Positions 44,226-53,438 of a stretch of DNA of 64,000 nucleotides are shown here, one piece after another. Numbering within the stretch: position 1 is the first letter of the stretch; each line of letters opens with the position of its first letter. The DNA comes from Thermoplasmatota archaeon (GTDB taxonomy: Archaea; Thermoplasmatota; Poseidoniia; Poseidoniales; Poseidoniaceae). A program made the position numbers and the translations under genes. Under the pieces are notes generated by a model, which had not been told where the DNA came from, ran no database searches, and worked only from the letters and a program-made list of their open reading frames with translations. The stretch lies in assembly GCA_036160375.1 (NCBI GenBank), contig JAYYDY010000035.1, positions 13,033 to 77,032 of the forward strand, given 5' to 3'.

Positions 44226-45145
44226 TGGAGCGTGCAAGAATCGCTCGCCAGCCAGCCCATTTGTTGTTGGCGTCCGAATTTGGCAGCGCCACCCTCAACG
44301 AGAAAGGCTCCGGTGAATACGACCCTTCCTTCGTCATCACCAAACTCGGTGCCAAAGTCAACAGGATCGTCGCCGCAGGTTTGTTGGAGCGCCTTGAACT
44401 TCGGGAAACGAGCAACGGCTCATCGCTCTACCAAGGCCAACTTCGCGACCCTACCGGGCTCCACTACTTCTCCATCGGCGAATACAACTCTGAGATGATG
44501 CAGGAACTTGCACACCAGTGGACGGAGCGCTTGGACGACGGTGAACCTTTGTTGGTCATGATGACGTCCAAGACCCGTTGGTACCAGACCGATGAAGGGG
44601 CCGTCTACACATCGCTGCGTCCTGAAGAGGCCTGCGTGGTGAACCGTGAAGTCTACGCCAACTGGCTGCTTGACGCCTGTGAAGCCACCATGATGCGGAT
44701 GAACCAGTTCACGTCATCGCTTGAAGTGGAACCAACCTTGGATGCTTACGGAAGAGCGGGATTGCCCACCAGCCTCCTTGCTGCGCGCAACCATTACGGC
44801 GAGGTTGACTTGGAACCCTTCAAACTCAATTTGATGCAAGCGCTGGACATCGCAGAGGGTCGAATCGAGGCGGCAACCACTCCACCTCCGATGATGTCGC
44901 TTCCAGATGGAGGCGATGGTGACGCTGAGTCAACCTCCGGTGGAGACCAAGACGTTCAGGCGTTCCTGCTGCAGGCCATTGGCCATCTTGACCAGGGTGA
45001 GGGCGTGACGTTCGACACCTTGCTCAAGAACGCCGTAGCACGAGGTTTTGTCCGAGAGGTTGCAGAGGCCAAGCTGGACGATATGCTTGATGCAGGTACG
45101 TTGGAGGAGCCACGCTTTGGATGGTTCCGACTCGCCGCTCAGTGA
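44225..45145 (+). CDS. RPA-associated / RPA32-like protein (OB fold plus C-terminal winged helix)
   Basis: RQPA, TKLGAKVNR, DPTG, SLRPE; C-terminal G.LEEPR.G winged helix; coupled to rpa. Confidence 0.85.
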   Translation: MERARIARQPAHLLLASEFGSATLNEKGSGEYDPSFVITKLGAKVNRIVAAGLLERLELRETSNGSSLYQGQLRDPTGLHYFSIGEYNSEMMQELAHQWTERLDDGEPLLVMMTSKTRWYQTDEGAVYTSLRPEEACVVNREVYANWLLDACEATMMRMNQFTSSLEVEPTLDAYGRAGLPTSLLAARNHYGEVDLEPFKLNLMQALDIAEGRIEAATTPPPMMSLPDGGDGDAESTSGGDQDVQAFLLQAIGHLDQGEGVTFDTLLKNAVARGFVREVAEAKLDDMLDAGTLEEPRFGWFRLAAQ

Positions 45146-45205
45146 GGCATCCACCTCCAACACATTCAAGTCCTTCTCGCATTGTGGAAGGGACAGGGCT
45201 CCAAC

Positions 45206-45559
45206 ATGGCTGGAATGGATTTCTTTATTCGACCCGCAACCGGTACCTCGAGTTCAGACTGGGTGCGCATTGCAAACGCTGACATCAAGGTTCGAATGAC
45301 ACGACGATTGACCCGAACGGTGGTTCGCGGCCAGGAGGGCGACGACCTTCACGACGAGGGCTCCGAATCCACGCTCTACACGATTCGAGGCGAGCTCACC
45401 ATCGACGAATACAAGCGAATCGTTGCCATGTTCCGCACCGGGCAACCCTACATTCACGATCCTTTCGAAGAGCGAGATGTCAAGGTCATCTTCGCCGTGA
45501 TGGAATACGACAGCACCAACGAAGGGTTCCACTTTGAACTGCTCGAAGACGTGATTTGA
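45206..45559 (+). CDS. Small hypothetical beta-rich protein, possibly phage tail-hub / Mu DNA-circularisation-N-like
   Basis: Clean ORF tightly packed with the downstream genes; RRLTR..RGQEGDDLHDEG..YTIRGEL..HDPF. Confidence 0.6.
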   Translation: MAGMDFFIRPATGTSSSDWVRIANADIKVRMTRRLTRTVVRGQEGDDLHDEGSESTLYTIRGELTIDEYKRIVAMFRTGQPYIHDPFEERDVKVIFAVMEYDSTNEGFHFELLEDVI

Positions 45560-45572
45560 GGGGGCGCCAGGC

Positions 45573-46154
45573 ATGAGGAAGCTTGACGAAAAGCGTGAAC
45601 TCCTCTACGTGATCCGTACCATGGATGTCTTGATGTCCTCCGGCGTCGGTCTTGAAGCCGCCATTCACACCATTGGCAAGGGCGGTTATGGCATCATCTC
45701 AGAGGACTTTTCGTCGATGATGAAGCGATTACGAAAAGGATCCGGCGGTGGGCTCGACAAGGAACTCAAAGGGATGATGAAAAAAGCAGAGTCAGCGGGC
45801 TACAAGCGATTGTTGAACACCCTTTACACGAACGTCACGCAGAACACCGATCTGGTGGAGACGCTGAAAAAGCAGGGGGCTCGTATCGAAGAAGAGCGGA
45901 CGGCGGACGTAGAAAAGTACATCGAGGAACTTGGTGGTGTTCCAGAAACCCTGCTTTCCATCGGGATGATTGGGCCGATTATTCTCTCCATTGTCGGCCT
46001 TGTCCCGCAATTGATGTCAGGTGATTTGGGTGCCTTCATGTCGCTTCCCGATTCCTCCACCATCAACGCAGTGGTCAACATGGGGCTGTTCGTGACCTTG
46101 CTGGCGATGGCCGCTGTGGGGATCAAGGCCCACACCAAGGACCCAGGACTGTGA
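45573..46154 (+). CDS. Type II secretion F domain (TadC/FlaJ-like) membrane platform protein
   Basis: MDVLMSSGVGLEAAI..G.YGIISEDF; two C-terminal TM helices. Confidence 0.8.
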   Translation: MRKLDEKRELLYVIRTMDVLMSSGVGLEAAIHTIGKGGYGIISEDFSSMMKRLRKGSGGGLDKELKGMMKKAESAGYKRLLNTLYTNVTQNTDLVETLKKQGARIEEERTADVEKYIEELGGVPETLLSIGMIGPIILSIVGLVPQLMSGDLGAFMSLPDSSTINAVVNMGLFVTLLAMAAVGIKAHTKDPGL

Positions 46155-46160
46155 GGTGAG

Positions 46161-46895
46161 ATGGTGATTTTCGGTCTTCTCGAATCCTTCAACGACTCAC
46201 CGTTGTTGTTGTACCTCGGCGTGATCTCCATCGCTTGCATTGGTGGCGGGATTCCACCCATGCTCGAGCGACGCCGTCGCCGTTCCATCGAGAACCAACT
46301 CCCAACGTTCCTTGAAGCGCTCTCGGACTCTGTCGGTGCCGGTCGTGGCCTGCAGGAAGCCATGATGGAACAATCCGAGTCCAACGACGGCCTTCTGGCA
46401 AAATTACTCTCAGAGACGTTGAAAGAAGCCCACGCCTCATCGTTCGAAGCCAGCCTCCAAGCCTTTGCAGCAAAGACACGCTCGGCGCAGGTCCAGCGCG
46501 TGATGATGCTCATCGAAACAGCGATTCAACAGGATTCATCCCTCCGAGACATCCTGACCGACCTCAGCCGAGATTACGAGCGGTTGAACGATTTGATGAA
46601 CCAGCGAGAAACCGAACTCTCGGGTCGTGGCATGCTCATCATCATCTTTGTAAGCGTTGGCTTACCTGTTCTCATCGCCTTCATTGTCGGCCTGTTTGCA
46701 CCGGCCAACAAAGGGTTTCAAATCACCGCCTTCAATCAGACGTTCAGCTTATTTTTCGCCGCCGCTTCTGCGGTTGCCGTTGGTGTCTCCGGCCGCATGA
46801 TGGGCCGCCTCAAGGACACCCTCTGGTGGCTGCCCATGTGGATGGCGATTTCCATGGGCCTCTATTTGGGGGCCGTCAAAGCTGTTGGAGGTTGA
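46161..46895 (+). CDS. Type II secretion F domain (TadB/TadC-like) membrane platform protein
   Basis: RRRSIENQLPTFLEALSDSVGAGRGLQEA; several TM helices. Confidence 0.85.
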   Translation: MVIFGLLESFNDSPLLLYLGVISIACIGGGIPPMLERRRRRSIENQLPTFLEALSDSVGAGRGLQEAMMEQSESNDGLLAKLLSETLKEAHASSFEASLQAFAAKTRSAQVQRVMMLIETAIQQDSSLRDILTDLSRDYERLNDLMNQRETELSGRGMLIIIFVSVGLPVLIAFIVGLFAPANKGFQITAFNQTFSLFFAAASAVAVGVSGRMMGRLKDTLWWLPMWMAISMGLYLGAVKAVGG

Positions 46896-46898
46896 AGC

Positions 46899-48140
46899 AT
46901 GTCAGAACAAATTCTCGAGCAATACGGTCGCGTCACGATTTACACCGAAGCCAATCACCCGTCGCCCATCTACCACGTGGATGGCGACATTCAGCCGAAT
47001 CCTTACGGAGATTTGGCTGCGTTGTTCGAAGACGATGCGCTTGAAGAAGTGATGTACAACGGTGGAACGCAGTGCGTGAAAGTGGCGCACCGAAACCACG
47101 GCATGTGTCGAACCAACATTTGGATTGACGATGAATCAGGCCTTCAAATCGCCAAAAACATCGCATCGTTCACCAACGTCCCACTGGGCGATGGCCCCGG
47201 CCTTGTCCCCATCTTTGACGGTCGCCTACCCGACGGTTCCCGTGTCAACGGCACCATCCCTCCAGTTTCACCCGACGGCCCCACCTTGACCATCCGTAAA
47301 TTCAAGGAAGACCCGTTGACGATGATCGATCTCGTGAATTTCGGTACCGTGAACGCTCGCCTGGCCGCTATGATGTGGGTGTGGATTGAGGGCCTTGATA
47401 GCCGGCCAGCCAACTTTGTCATCGCTGGCGGAACCGGTTCAGGTAAAACCACGACGCTGAACTGTTTGGGCATGTACATTCCATGGTCCCGTCGTTTGCT
47501 GACGGTGGAAGACAACGCTGAATTGCAGGTCTACCATGACCCTTGGTTGCGCATGGAGACCCGACGTGAGCGACCCGATGGTACTCCTGAGGTGGACATG
47601 AACGACTGCCTCAAGTCAAGCCTGCGTATGCGACCCGACCGCATCATCGTCGGTGAGGTGCGTGGTCCGGAATGTGCGACCTTGCTCACCGCCATGAACA
47701 CGGGTCATGACGGTTCGTTTGGTTCCCTTCACGCCAACACGGCGCAGGAGACCGTGACACGTATGATCAACCCGCCAATGAGCGTCCCTCCCATCATGCT
47801 CAGCGGACTTGATTTGATCATCATCCAAGCCCGTCTTCACGTCAACGGGAAGACCGCTCGAAAAATCACCGAAGTGGCAGAAGTCGCCGGTATGGAGGGC
47901 GACAAGCCTCGGTTGAACGCCATTTGGAAGTACAATGCTGCGACCGACCAAATCGAGGAGACGGGTATCCCCTCGAAGTTGCGCGAGACCATCTGCAACG
48001 CAGCAGGTGTCACCCCCGACGTCTTTGAGCGCCACGTCGCACAGCGTCAGGCCATCATTGAGGACCTGTGTCAGCGCGGTATCTCTGACATCCAAACCGT
48101 CACTTCTGTGGTTCAGAACTTCTACGCACAACAGCACTGA
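46899..48140 (+). CDS. Type IV pilus/Tad assembly ATPase (CpaF/TadA/VirB11 family)
   Basis: LPDGSRV, TIRKF, GGTGSGKTT, TVEDNAEL, LRMRPDRIIVGEVRG, AMNTGH, SLHAN. Confidence 0.95.
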   Translation: MSEQILEQYGRVTIYTEANHPSPIYHVDGDIQPNPYGDLAALFEDDALEEVMYNGGTQCVKVAHRNHGMCRTNIWIDDESGLQIAKNIASFTNVPLGDGPGLVPIFDGRLPDGSRVNGTIPPVSPDGPTLTIRKFKEDPLTMIDLVNFGTVNARLAAMMWVWIEGLDSRPANFVIAGGTGSGKTTTLNCLGMYIPWSRRLLTVEDNAELQVYHDPWLRMETRRERPDGTPEVDMNDCLKSSLRMRPDRIIVGEVRGPECATLLTAMNTGHDGSFGSLHANTAQETVTRMINPPMSVPPIMLSGLDLIIIQARLHVNGKTARKITEVAEVAGMEGDKPRLNAIWKYNAATDQIEETGIPSKLRETICNAAGVTPDVFERHVAQRQAIIEDLCQRGISDIQTVTSVVQNFYAQQH

Positions 48141-48196
48141 TCCGTCCATCAATGCGGGACGTGGTTCCGTACCGGCGAAGGTACCAAAGAGCGAAA

Positions 48197-49930
48197 TCAG
48201 CCGTTGAGCCGGTTCAACAACTCGTCAACCCGGTCGATTTTCCCTCGGACACGTGCGATGTTATCCGAGGCGTCCGAAACAGACTCTGCAACGGCTTCCT
48301 CTTCTTCTTGGACGGCGCCAGGAGCGGGTTTGAAACTCGCCGCCAGCGACTTGAGTTCGGTCACGATGGCGTCGACCTCGGTTTCGGTCACCAGAACACC
48401 CGGTGCAATGCGTGGAATCTCGCTGGGTGAGAGGTAGCCAAGTTCAGCTCCCAAGATGCCTGCGCAAGCAAGGATTCGAGGTCGCAGGGTGCTGGTATTG
48501 ACCTCATAGCCCTTGGATTCAAGGAAGCGAATGACCAACGCCTGTTGGGCTTCATCAAAGCCTTCTTCACCGGATTCAAGGATGGTTTGAACAAGTTCCT
48601 CAAACGAAGCAATGTTTCGCTCAAGGCGTTCAATGGTCATTCGTTCGGCCGCCGCCATGTGCACAGCGCCTCGGTGAAGGATGCGCATCATGCGTTGGCG
48701 ACGTTGCACGACGGGGTCGTGAAGCGCTTGCGATTCTGCAATTTCGATGTGAAGGTCGAACAGGGCATGGAGTCGCCCAGAGACGCTGGGCACCCGAAGG
48801 TCAAGGTCGAGGTCTCGTCCTTCTTGCTCAAAAGCCATTCTCGCCTTCACCACGTCCGTGGGATGAAGCGCAAGGATGTTCTCGAGGCGATCTCGCAGCG
48901 TGCTACGAACTTCCTCAAATCGGCGGAGGGCCTCACGTTCCGTCCATGATTGCGGCATGGCCGTCGCTGCGGTGGTTTCGTGTTGCACACGATAGTCGAG
49001 TTCCATGATCATCGTTGCCACCGCCTGGTGGACAGCAGGGATGTCGGTCGAGAAACCCTGTCCTCGAAGCGAGTGAATGAACGCCTCCATGTCGGCTTGG
49101 TTGGTGGTCGAACTGACCATCAAGAAATCACGGGCAAAGGCCTGGACTTCAGCCGCTCGCTCCCGGAGTTCCATGAGGGCCGTCTCGGTCTCAAGGCTGT
49201 GCGTTTCAGTCGTACCTGTATGCTGAATCATGGGTGGGACCGTTGATGTCGATGCTTCTTCTTGGCGCAGTTGTTGCTCAACCACGGCGTCCACGGTTGA
49301 CTGCGATGCATCGTGGCCAATGGTGGTCAACGTTTCACGAAGTTCCGTTTCATCTTCAAAGGACCATCCCTCTTCGTGTTCGTCAACAAAGGAAGCCACG
49401 GTGGACTCCACCGTGGCTGGTGCAGAGCGGGGTGCGGCTGGGGCAGCGGAAGGCAATCGTACCGGGCCACGTGGTCGGCGCAGGCTCTTTTTCACCTTGC
49501 CCCAGGCGTTTTCTTGCGAGGCAAGGACACCGGCGACACGGGCGAGCAGGGTCTGTTTGTTGCCGGACAACGGGAGTTCGAGGTCTTTGCACATGGCATG
49601 AAGTTCGTCCCTCGTCATGTCGTCGAGTTTCTCAACGGCCATCGATTTTGGGTCATGGTTAAGGTGGAGGAACAACCGTTGCCTCCGAGCTTTGATGGAG
49701 CCCGATTTCTTGATGCCAAAGACACCCAAAATTTCTCCCAAATCACTGTTGGCAATGCTTCGCAGTCCTGCGGCTGAAAAATCCCAATCGGGGAAAATGA
49801 GGTGTTGAATCAAGCGTGCTCGGAGGGCTTCAACGGGTCCTGCTTTGGAAAGGCCGTGTTGTTGAGCCATGTCCTTGAGGCCGTCGAAGCGGGCTTGGTA
49901 CAACTCTCCCAACATGGTAGATGTGTCCAT
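48197..49930 (-). CDS. Protein with three N-terminal SAP-like domains and a long helical C-terminus
   Basis: LKDMAQQHGLSKAGPVEALRARL; LGEILGVFGIKKSGSIKARRQRL; MTRDELHAMCKDLELPLSGNKQTLLARV. Confidence 0.75.
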   Translation of the reverse strand: MDTSTMLGELYQARFDGLKDMAQQHGLSKAGPVEALRARLIQHLIFPDWDFSAAGLRSIANSDLGEILGVFGIKKSGSIKARRQRLFLHLNHDPKSMAVEKLDDMTRDELHAMCKDLELPLSGNKQTLLARVAGVLASQENAWGKVKKSLRRPRGPVRLPSAAPAAPRSAPATVESTVASFVDEHEEGWSFEDETELRETLTTIGHDASQSTVDAVVEQQLRQEEASTSTVPPMIQHTGTTETHSLETETALMELRERAAEVQAFARDFLMVSSTTNQADMEAFIHSLRGQGFSTDIPAVHQAVATMIMELDYRVQHETTAATAMPQSWTEREALRRFEEVRSTLRDRLENILALHPTDVVKARMAFEQEGRDLDLDLRVPSVSGRLHALFDLHIEIAESQALHDPVVQRRQRMMRILHRGAVHMAAAERMTIERLERNIASFEELVQTILESGEEGFDEAQQALVIRFLESKGYEVNTSTLRPRILACAGILGAELGYLSPSEIPRIAPGVLVTETEVDAIVTELKSLAASFKPAPGAVQEEEEAVAESVSDASDNIARVRGKIDRVDELLNRLNG

Positions 49931-50010
49931 CGTAGCCTCACCTCTACGGCTTTTGCCGCATTCAAAGCATATATGCCTTCGCAGTCCCAACAAGGAGGGG
50001 AAGGCGGTTC

Positions 50011-51144
50011 TTATGGGTCGTTGGATTCACGGAGTGAAGATTCACCGTCCAAATCCATGAGGCGCGGGCTGGGCTCTTTGAAACTCTCAGGCATCCCGGG
50101 AATGTTTCGGTTTGAGCCCTCGTGGTCCGTGGTCATCACGTTCAACAAATCCATGAATTCTTTCAGGAGAGTCACCATGCCCATGTGGCTGTTCTCGGGT
50201 TGAACGATGCGTTCACATGCCGCCGTCACGGTCCCCTCGGGATTCAGAGTCTCAATCAGCATTTCAACCCGTGGACCGCTACGGTACACGCCACGTTTCT
50301 TGTTGGGGTCGACCAGCGATGTGAGCAGGGTTTCGTCGCCTTCTTCGGAGGCCTTTTTGAGAAAGGTGCTGATCTTTCGTTGTTCAACGTAAGCGCCCAC
50401 GATGGGCTGGAGTTCAGGCGACAAACTCTCCAGCAGCGTTGCTTCAAGCCGATAGGCCAATTCTGCACTGGGGTCGAGCATCTCCTTGATGCTGGCTTTG
50501 GGGAAGCCTTGTCGCCCCACGAGGAGGGTGAAGCCGTGGAGCGGTGGAGGGATAAATCGCTCACGATTGTTCTCGGTTTGGTCTCGTTGGAGTCCTAAGG
50601 TGTGGCGTCGCCCCTTCATCCGGTGCCCGGCATGAATAGCTCGTGGTACAATGAATCCGTCGATGTTCCCGTTCAAACGCTGCTCCTCAACCCACGGCCA
50701 GATGTCTTCCTCGTCCAATTCAGCCACGCTGTTGGTCGCCCCGAGACGTTCGACCATCGCCTCCATGGTTTCAAGTTCGAGGTCCGGGCGCATTCGCATC
50801 ATTTGACGTCGCAGGAGTTCGTGATCACACAATATCCTAGCATGCTGCTCAAGGTACTCGGGCTTGTCGTCGGCCACGAGCACCCATGTTGGCTCCTTTC
50901 GAGGAAGCAATCCGGCAATGATGAGCCCCTCAACGTCTCGCTTGTGCCAATCAAAGGCACTCATAGCAACCAAATCGCCCGTGCCGTCCCGAAGGGTTTG
51001 GATGGCCGTTTCCATGTGGGGGAGTTGCTTGAGGAGGAGGTCCCGGTGTTTGCCGTGGGTGCTGACCGCACGCTCGATTTGGAGCCGAACGCCGTCGTTG
51101 CGGGAGGGCGTGGTGAGAATCACAAGACGCTCACTCGTTTCCAT
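50011..51144 (-). CDS. Divergent hydroxymethylbilane synthase (HemC)-like protein, probably non-canonical
   Basis: LRDGTGDLVAMSAFD, LPRKEP..VLV, LLRRQ..MRPDL, IPPPLHG, E..LL..L..PIVGAY follow HemC order; cofactor Cys absent. Confidence 0.65.
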   Translation of the reverse strand: METSERLVILTTPSRNDGVRLQIERAVSTHGKHRDLLLKQLPHMETAIQTLRDGTGDLVAMSAFDWHKRDVEGLIIAGLLPRKEPTWVLVADDKPEYLEQHARILCDHELLRRQMMRMRPDLELETMEAMVERLGATNSVAELDEEDIWPWVEEQRLNGNIDGFIVPRAIHAGHRMKGRRHTLGLQRDQTENNRERFIPPPLHGFTLLVGRQGFPKASIKEMLDPSAELAYRLEATLLESLSPELQPIVGAYVEQRKISTFLKKASEEGDETLLTSLVDPNKKRGVYRSGPRVEMLIETLNPEGTVTAACERIVQPENSHMGMVTLLKEFMDLLNVMTTDHEGSNRNIPGMPESFKEPSPRLMDLDGESSLRESNDP

Positions 51145-51225
51145 CGTTTCACCTCGGTGAGGGTCGCCCCTCACATGTCAAGGGCGTGGACGACCGGTTA
51201 AGAAGCCCACCCTCGTAGCATTGGT

Positions 51226-52209
51226 GTGCGCAGTGATGTTGAGACGCTGAGTTCGGCGTTGGAATCCATTCGCGATGAGGTCAATCAGGCCCTCAAGGAC
51301 CTCATTGAGTCCGAAATTGAATCGGGTGCAGGCGAAGTCGCCGTTGAGGCAGGCCGCGTCCTGAATGCGGGCGGAAAACGGTTGCGCCCCATTCTGTTTC
51401 TCCTCGCGTATCAACTTGCAGGCGGAACCAACATCGATGATGTCATGCCCCTCGCTTTGGCGTTCGAATTGATTCACACCGCCACCCTGGTTCACGATGA
51501 CATCAACGATGAAGCCCAACAACGACGCGGCATTCCGACCATTCATGCGCAGGCAGGTCAGGCCAAGGCGGTGATCGCCGGCGATTGGCTCTTTGTTCAC
51601 GGATTTGCCCTCGGTGGTCGATACTCCGAGCAAATCGTGACGGTGATTGCCCGCTGCTGTGCCAACATCGCAGTTTCCGAATATCATCAACTCGACCACG
51701 TCCTCAACCTCGCCACCTCGCCCGAAGACTACCTTTCCATCGTGCGGGGCAAAACCGCAGGGCCGTTTGCTTCCGGCTGCTATGCAGCTGGTTTGGTGGC
51801 GGGCTTGGATGACGAGCATGCACGAGCGCTCGAACGGTTTGGCATGGAATTGGGCATTGCCTTCCAACTCGTGGACGACCTGCTCGACCTGAGAGGCGAT
51901 GAGCGAATGGGTAAACCACGAGGTGCGGATGTGTATGAAGGGAAGATGACACTGCCACTGATTCATGCGCTTACCCTTTCGCATGGAGCGCACCGTACGC
52001 GCCTTTCCGAACTCATCGAGAATTTCAGCGATGATGACTTTGATGAGTTGATGGCCCTCCTCGAACGTTCCAGCAGCATGGAGTACGCCGAAATCTTGGT
52101 GAAAACGCACCTTGAGCGTGCGCAGGAAGAACTCCAACGATTCCCCGACGGTCAGGCCAAAGACATGATGATGATGATCACCAACATCGTCAAAGATCGG
52201 CACGCATGA
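51226..52209 (+). CDS. Trans-polyprenyl diphosphate synthase
   Basis: GGKRLRP, HDDIND..RRG, AGD, KTA, FQLVDDLLD, GK..D..EGKMT. Confidence 0.93.
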   Translation: MRSDVETLSSALESIRDEVNQALKDLIESEIESGAGEVAVEAGRVLNAGGKRLRPILFLLAYQLAGGTNIDDVMPLALAFELIHTATLVHDDINDEAQQRRGIPTIHAQAGQAKAVIAGDWLFVHGFALGGRYSEQIVTVIARCCANIAVSEYHQLDHVLNLATSPEDYLSIVRGKTAGPFASGCYAAGLVAGLDDEHARALERFGMELGIAFQLVDDLLDLRGDERMGKPRGADVYEGKMTLPLIHALTLSHGAHRTRLSELIENFSDDDFDELMALLERSSSMEYAEILVKTHLERAQEELQRFPDGQAKDMMMMITNIVKDRHA

Positions 52210-52218
52210 GGTGAGAAC

Positions 52219-53364
52219 TTGGCCGTCAAGGATGTCGTGCATCGTCAGGTCATTGTCGTGGGTGCAGGCCCCGCTGGAAGTGCGGCTGCTCAGCGCCTCG
52301 CCGAGGCCGGGCTTGATGTCCTCGTTCTTGAGCGCCGTTCCATCGTTGGGAATCCCGCCCAATGCGGGGAATGCATTCCCAATTGGGGCGAAGTCATCGG
52401 AACATTTCATCACTTGGAGGACCACGATTGGCTCAAGACCTACTTTGATTTTCCAGAACGATTGAGGCTGCACCGTCTCGATAACATGCGGGTGTTCTTG
52501 CCATCCGGGAAATCTTACGACTTTGAACTGGATGCCTTCGCAGGGCACCGCCTGCAATTCGACGGCTATCTCGCCGACAAAGCCGTTCGGGCGGGTGCTG
52601 AAATCCGAATGTCGACCTCGCTCAAACGTCTCCAACATCAGCGAAAAGCCAATCGTGAGTTGTTGGTTACCAGCGAAGGACGCTTTACTTGCGATTACCT
52701 CATCGATGCTTCCGGTAGCTTGGCTCATGTCGGTCGTCTTCGCCACGGGCAGGACCCTACGTTCCGTCCAGAGGACCAAGTGCCGACCATTTACGCCCAA
52801 GTCAAAGGGGACGTGCCCGAAACGTTCGATGTCTTCCTCGGCTCGGTTGCCCCTTCGGGTTATGCATGGATCATCCCAAAGGGTCCGAACTTTGCCAACG
52901 TTGGTTTGGGCGTTAGAGCAGGGAAACTCGAAGGCGATCTCAAAGGTCACCTCGAGCGATTTTGCGCCGACCTAAATTTGGAAATCGTTTCATTCGGTGG
53001 TGGCTGGATTCCAATGGGTGGGCCAGTAAAGCAAATGGTCGATGGAACCACGCTGGCGGTTGGCGATGCTGCCGGGCTGGTCATGCCCAGCAACGGTGGT
53101 GGCATCAGCCAGGCCATCATCTCGGGTTGTTTTGCTGCCGAATCCATCATTGACCATTTGGAGAACGGGACGCCACTCTCAACGTACGAGGACAAGGTTC
53201 GGGCGTCGATGGGCCCTGCTCTCAAGAATTCCCTGCGAAGCAAAAACATGGGCTATGCGTTCATGCGCGGTGACGTGTTGACCGAAGTCATTTTGCGAAT
53301 TCTCGGGCCCATTGGGGGCATCAAGCGCGCCATGGAATGTGAACGACCGCTTTGGCTGATTTGA
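52219..53364 (+). CDS. Geranylgeranyl reductase family FAD oxidoreductase
   Basis: VVGAGPAGS, CGE, R..FD, PSGYAWIIPK, GDAAG..P.NGGGI. Confidence 0.9.
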   Translation: MAVKDVVHRQVIVVGAGPAGSAAAQRLAEAGLDVLVLERRSIVGNPAQCGECIPNWGEVIGTFHHLEDHDWLKTYFDFPERLRLHRLDNMRVFLPSGKSYDFELDAFAGHRLQFDGYLADKAVRAGAEIRMSTSLKRLQHQRKANRELLVTSEGRFTCDYLIDASGSLAHVGRLRHGQDPTFRPEDQVPTIYAQVKGDVPETFDVFLGSVAPSGYAWIIPKGPNFANVGLGVRAGKLEGDLKGHLERFCADLNLEIVSFGGGWIPMGGPVKQMVDGTTLAVGDAAGLVMPSNGGGISQAIISGCFAAESIIDHLENGTPLSTYEDKVRASMGPALKNSLRSKNMGYAFMRGDVLTEVILRILGPIGGIKRAMECERPLWLI

Positions 53365-53438
53365 TGGCCTGCAAAACCACGATACTTACCACCCTTCCTA
53401 TCGGTGTGTTCAAGTGATTTGACGCACCCGTAGTGTCC

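Noticed and set aside
51178..52950. 590-aa antisense ORF
   Set aside because: It lies opposite two well-supported genes and has no motifs; a typical high-GC shadow ORF
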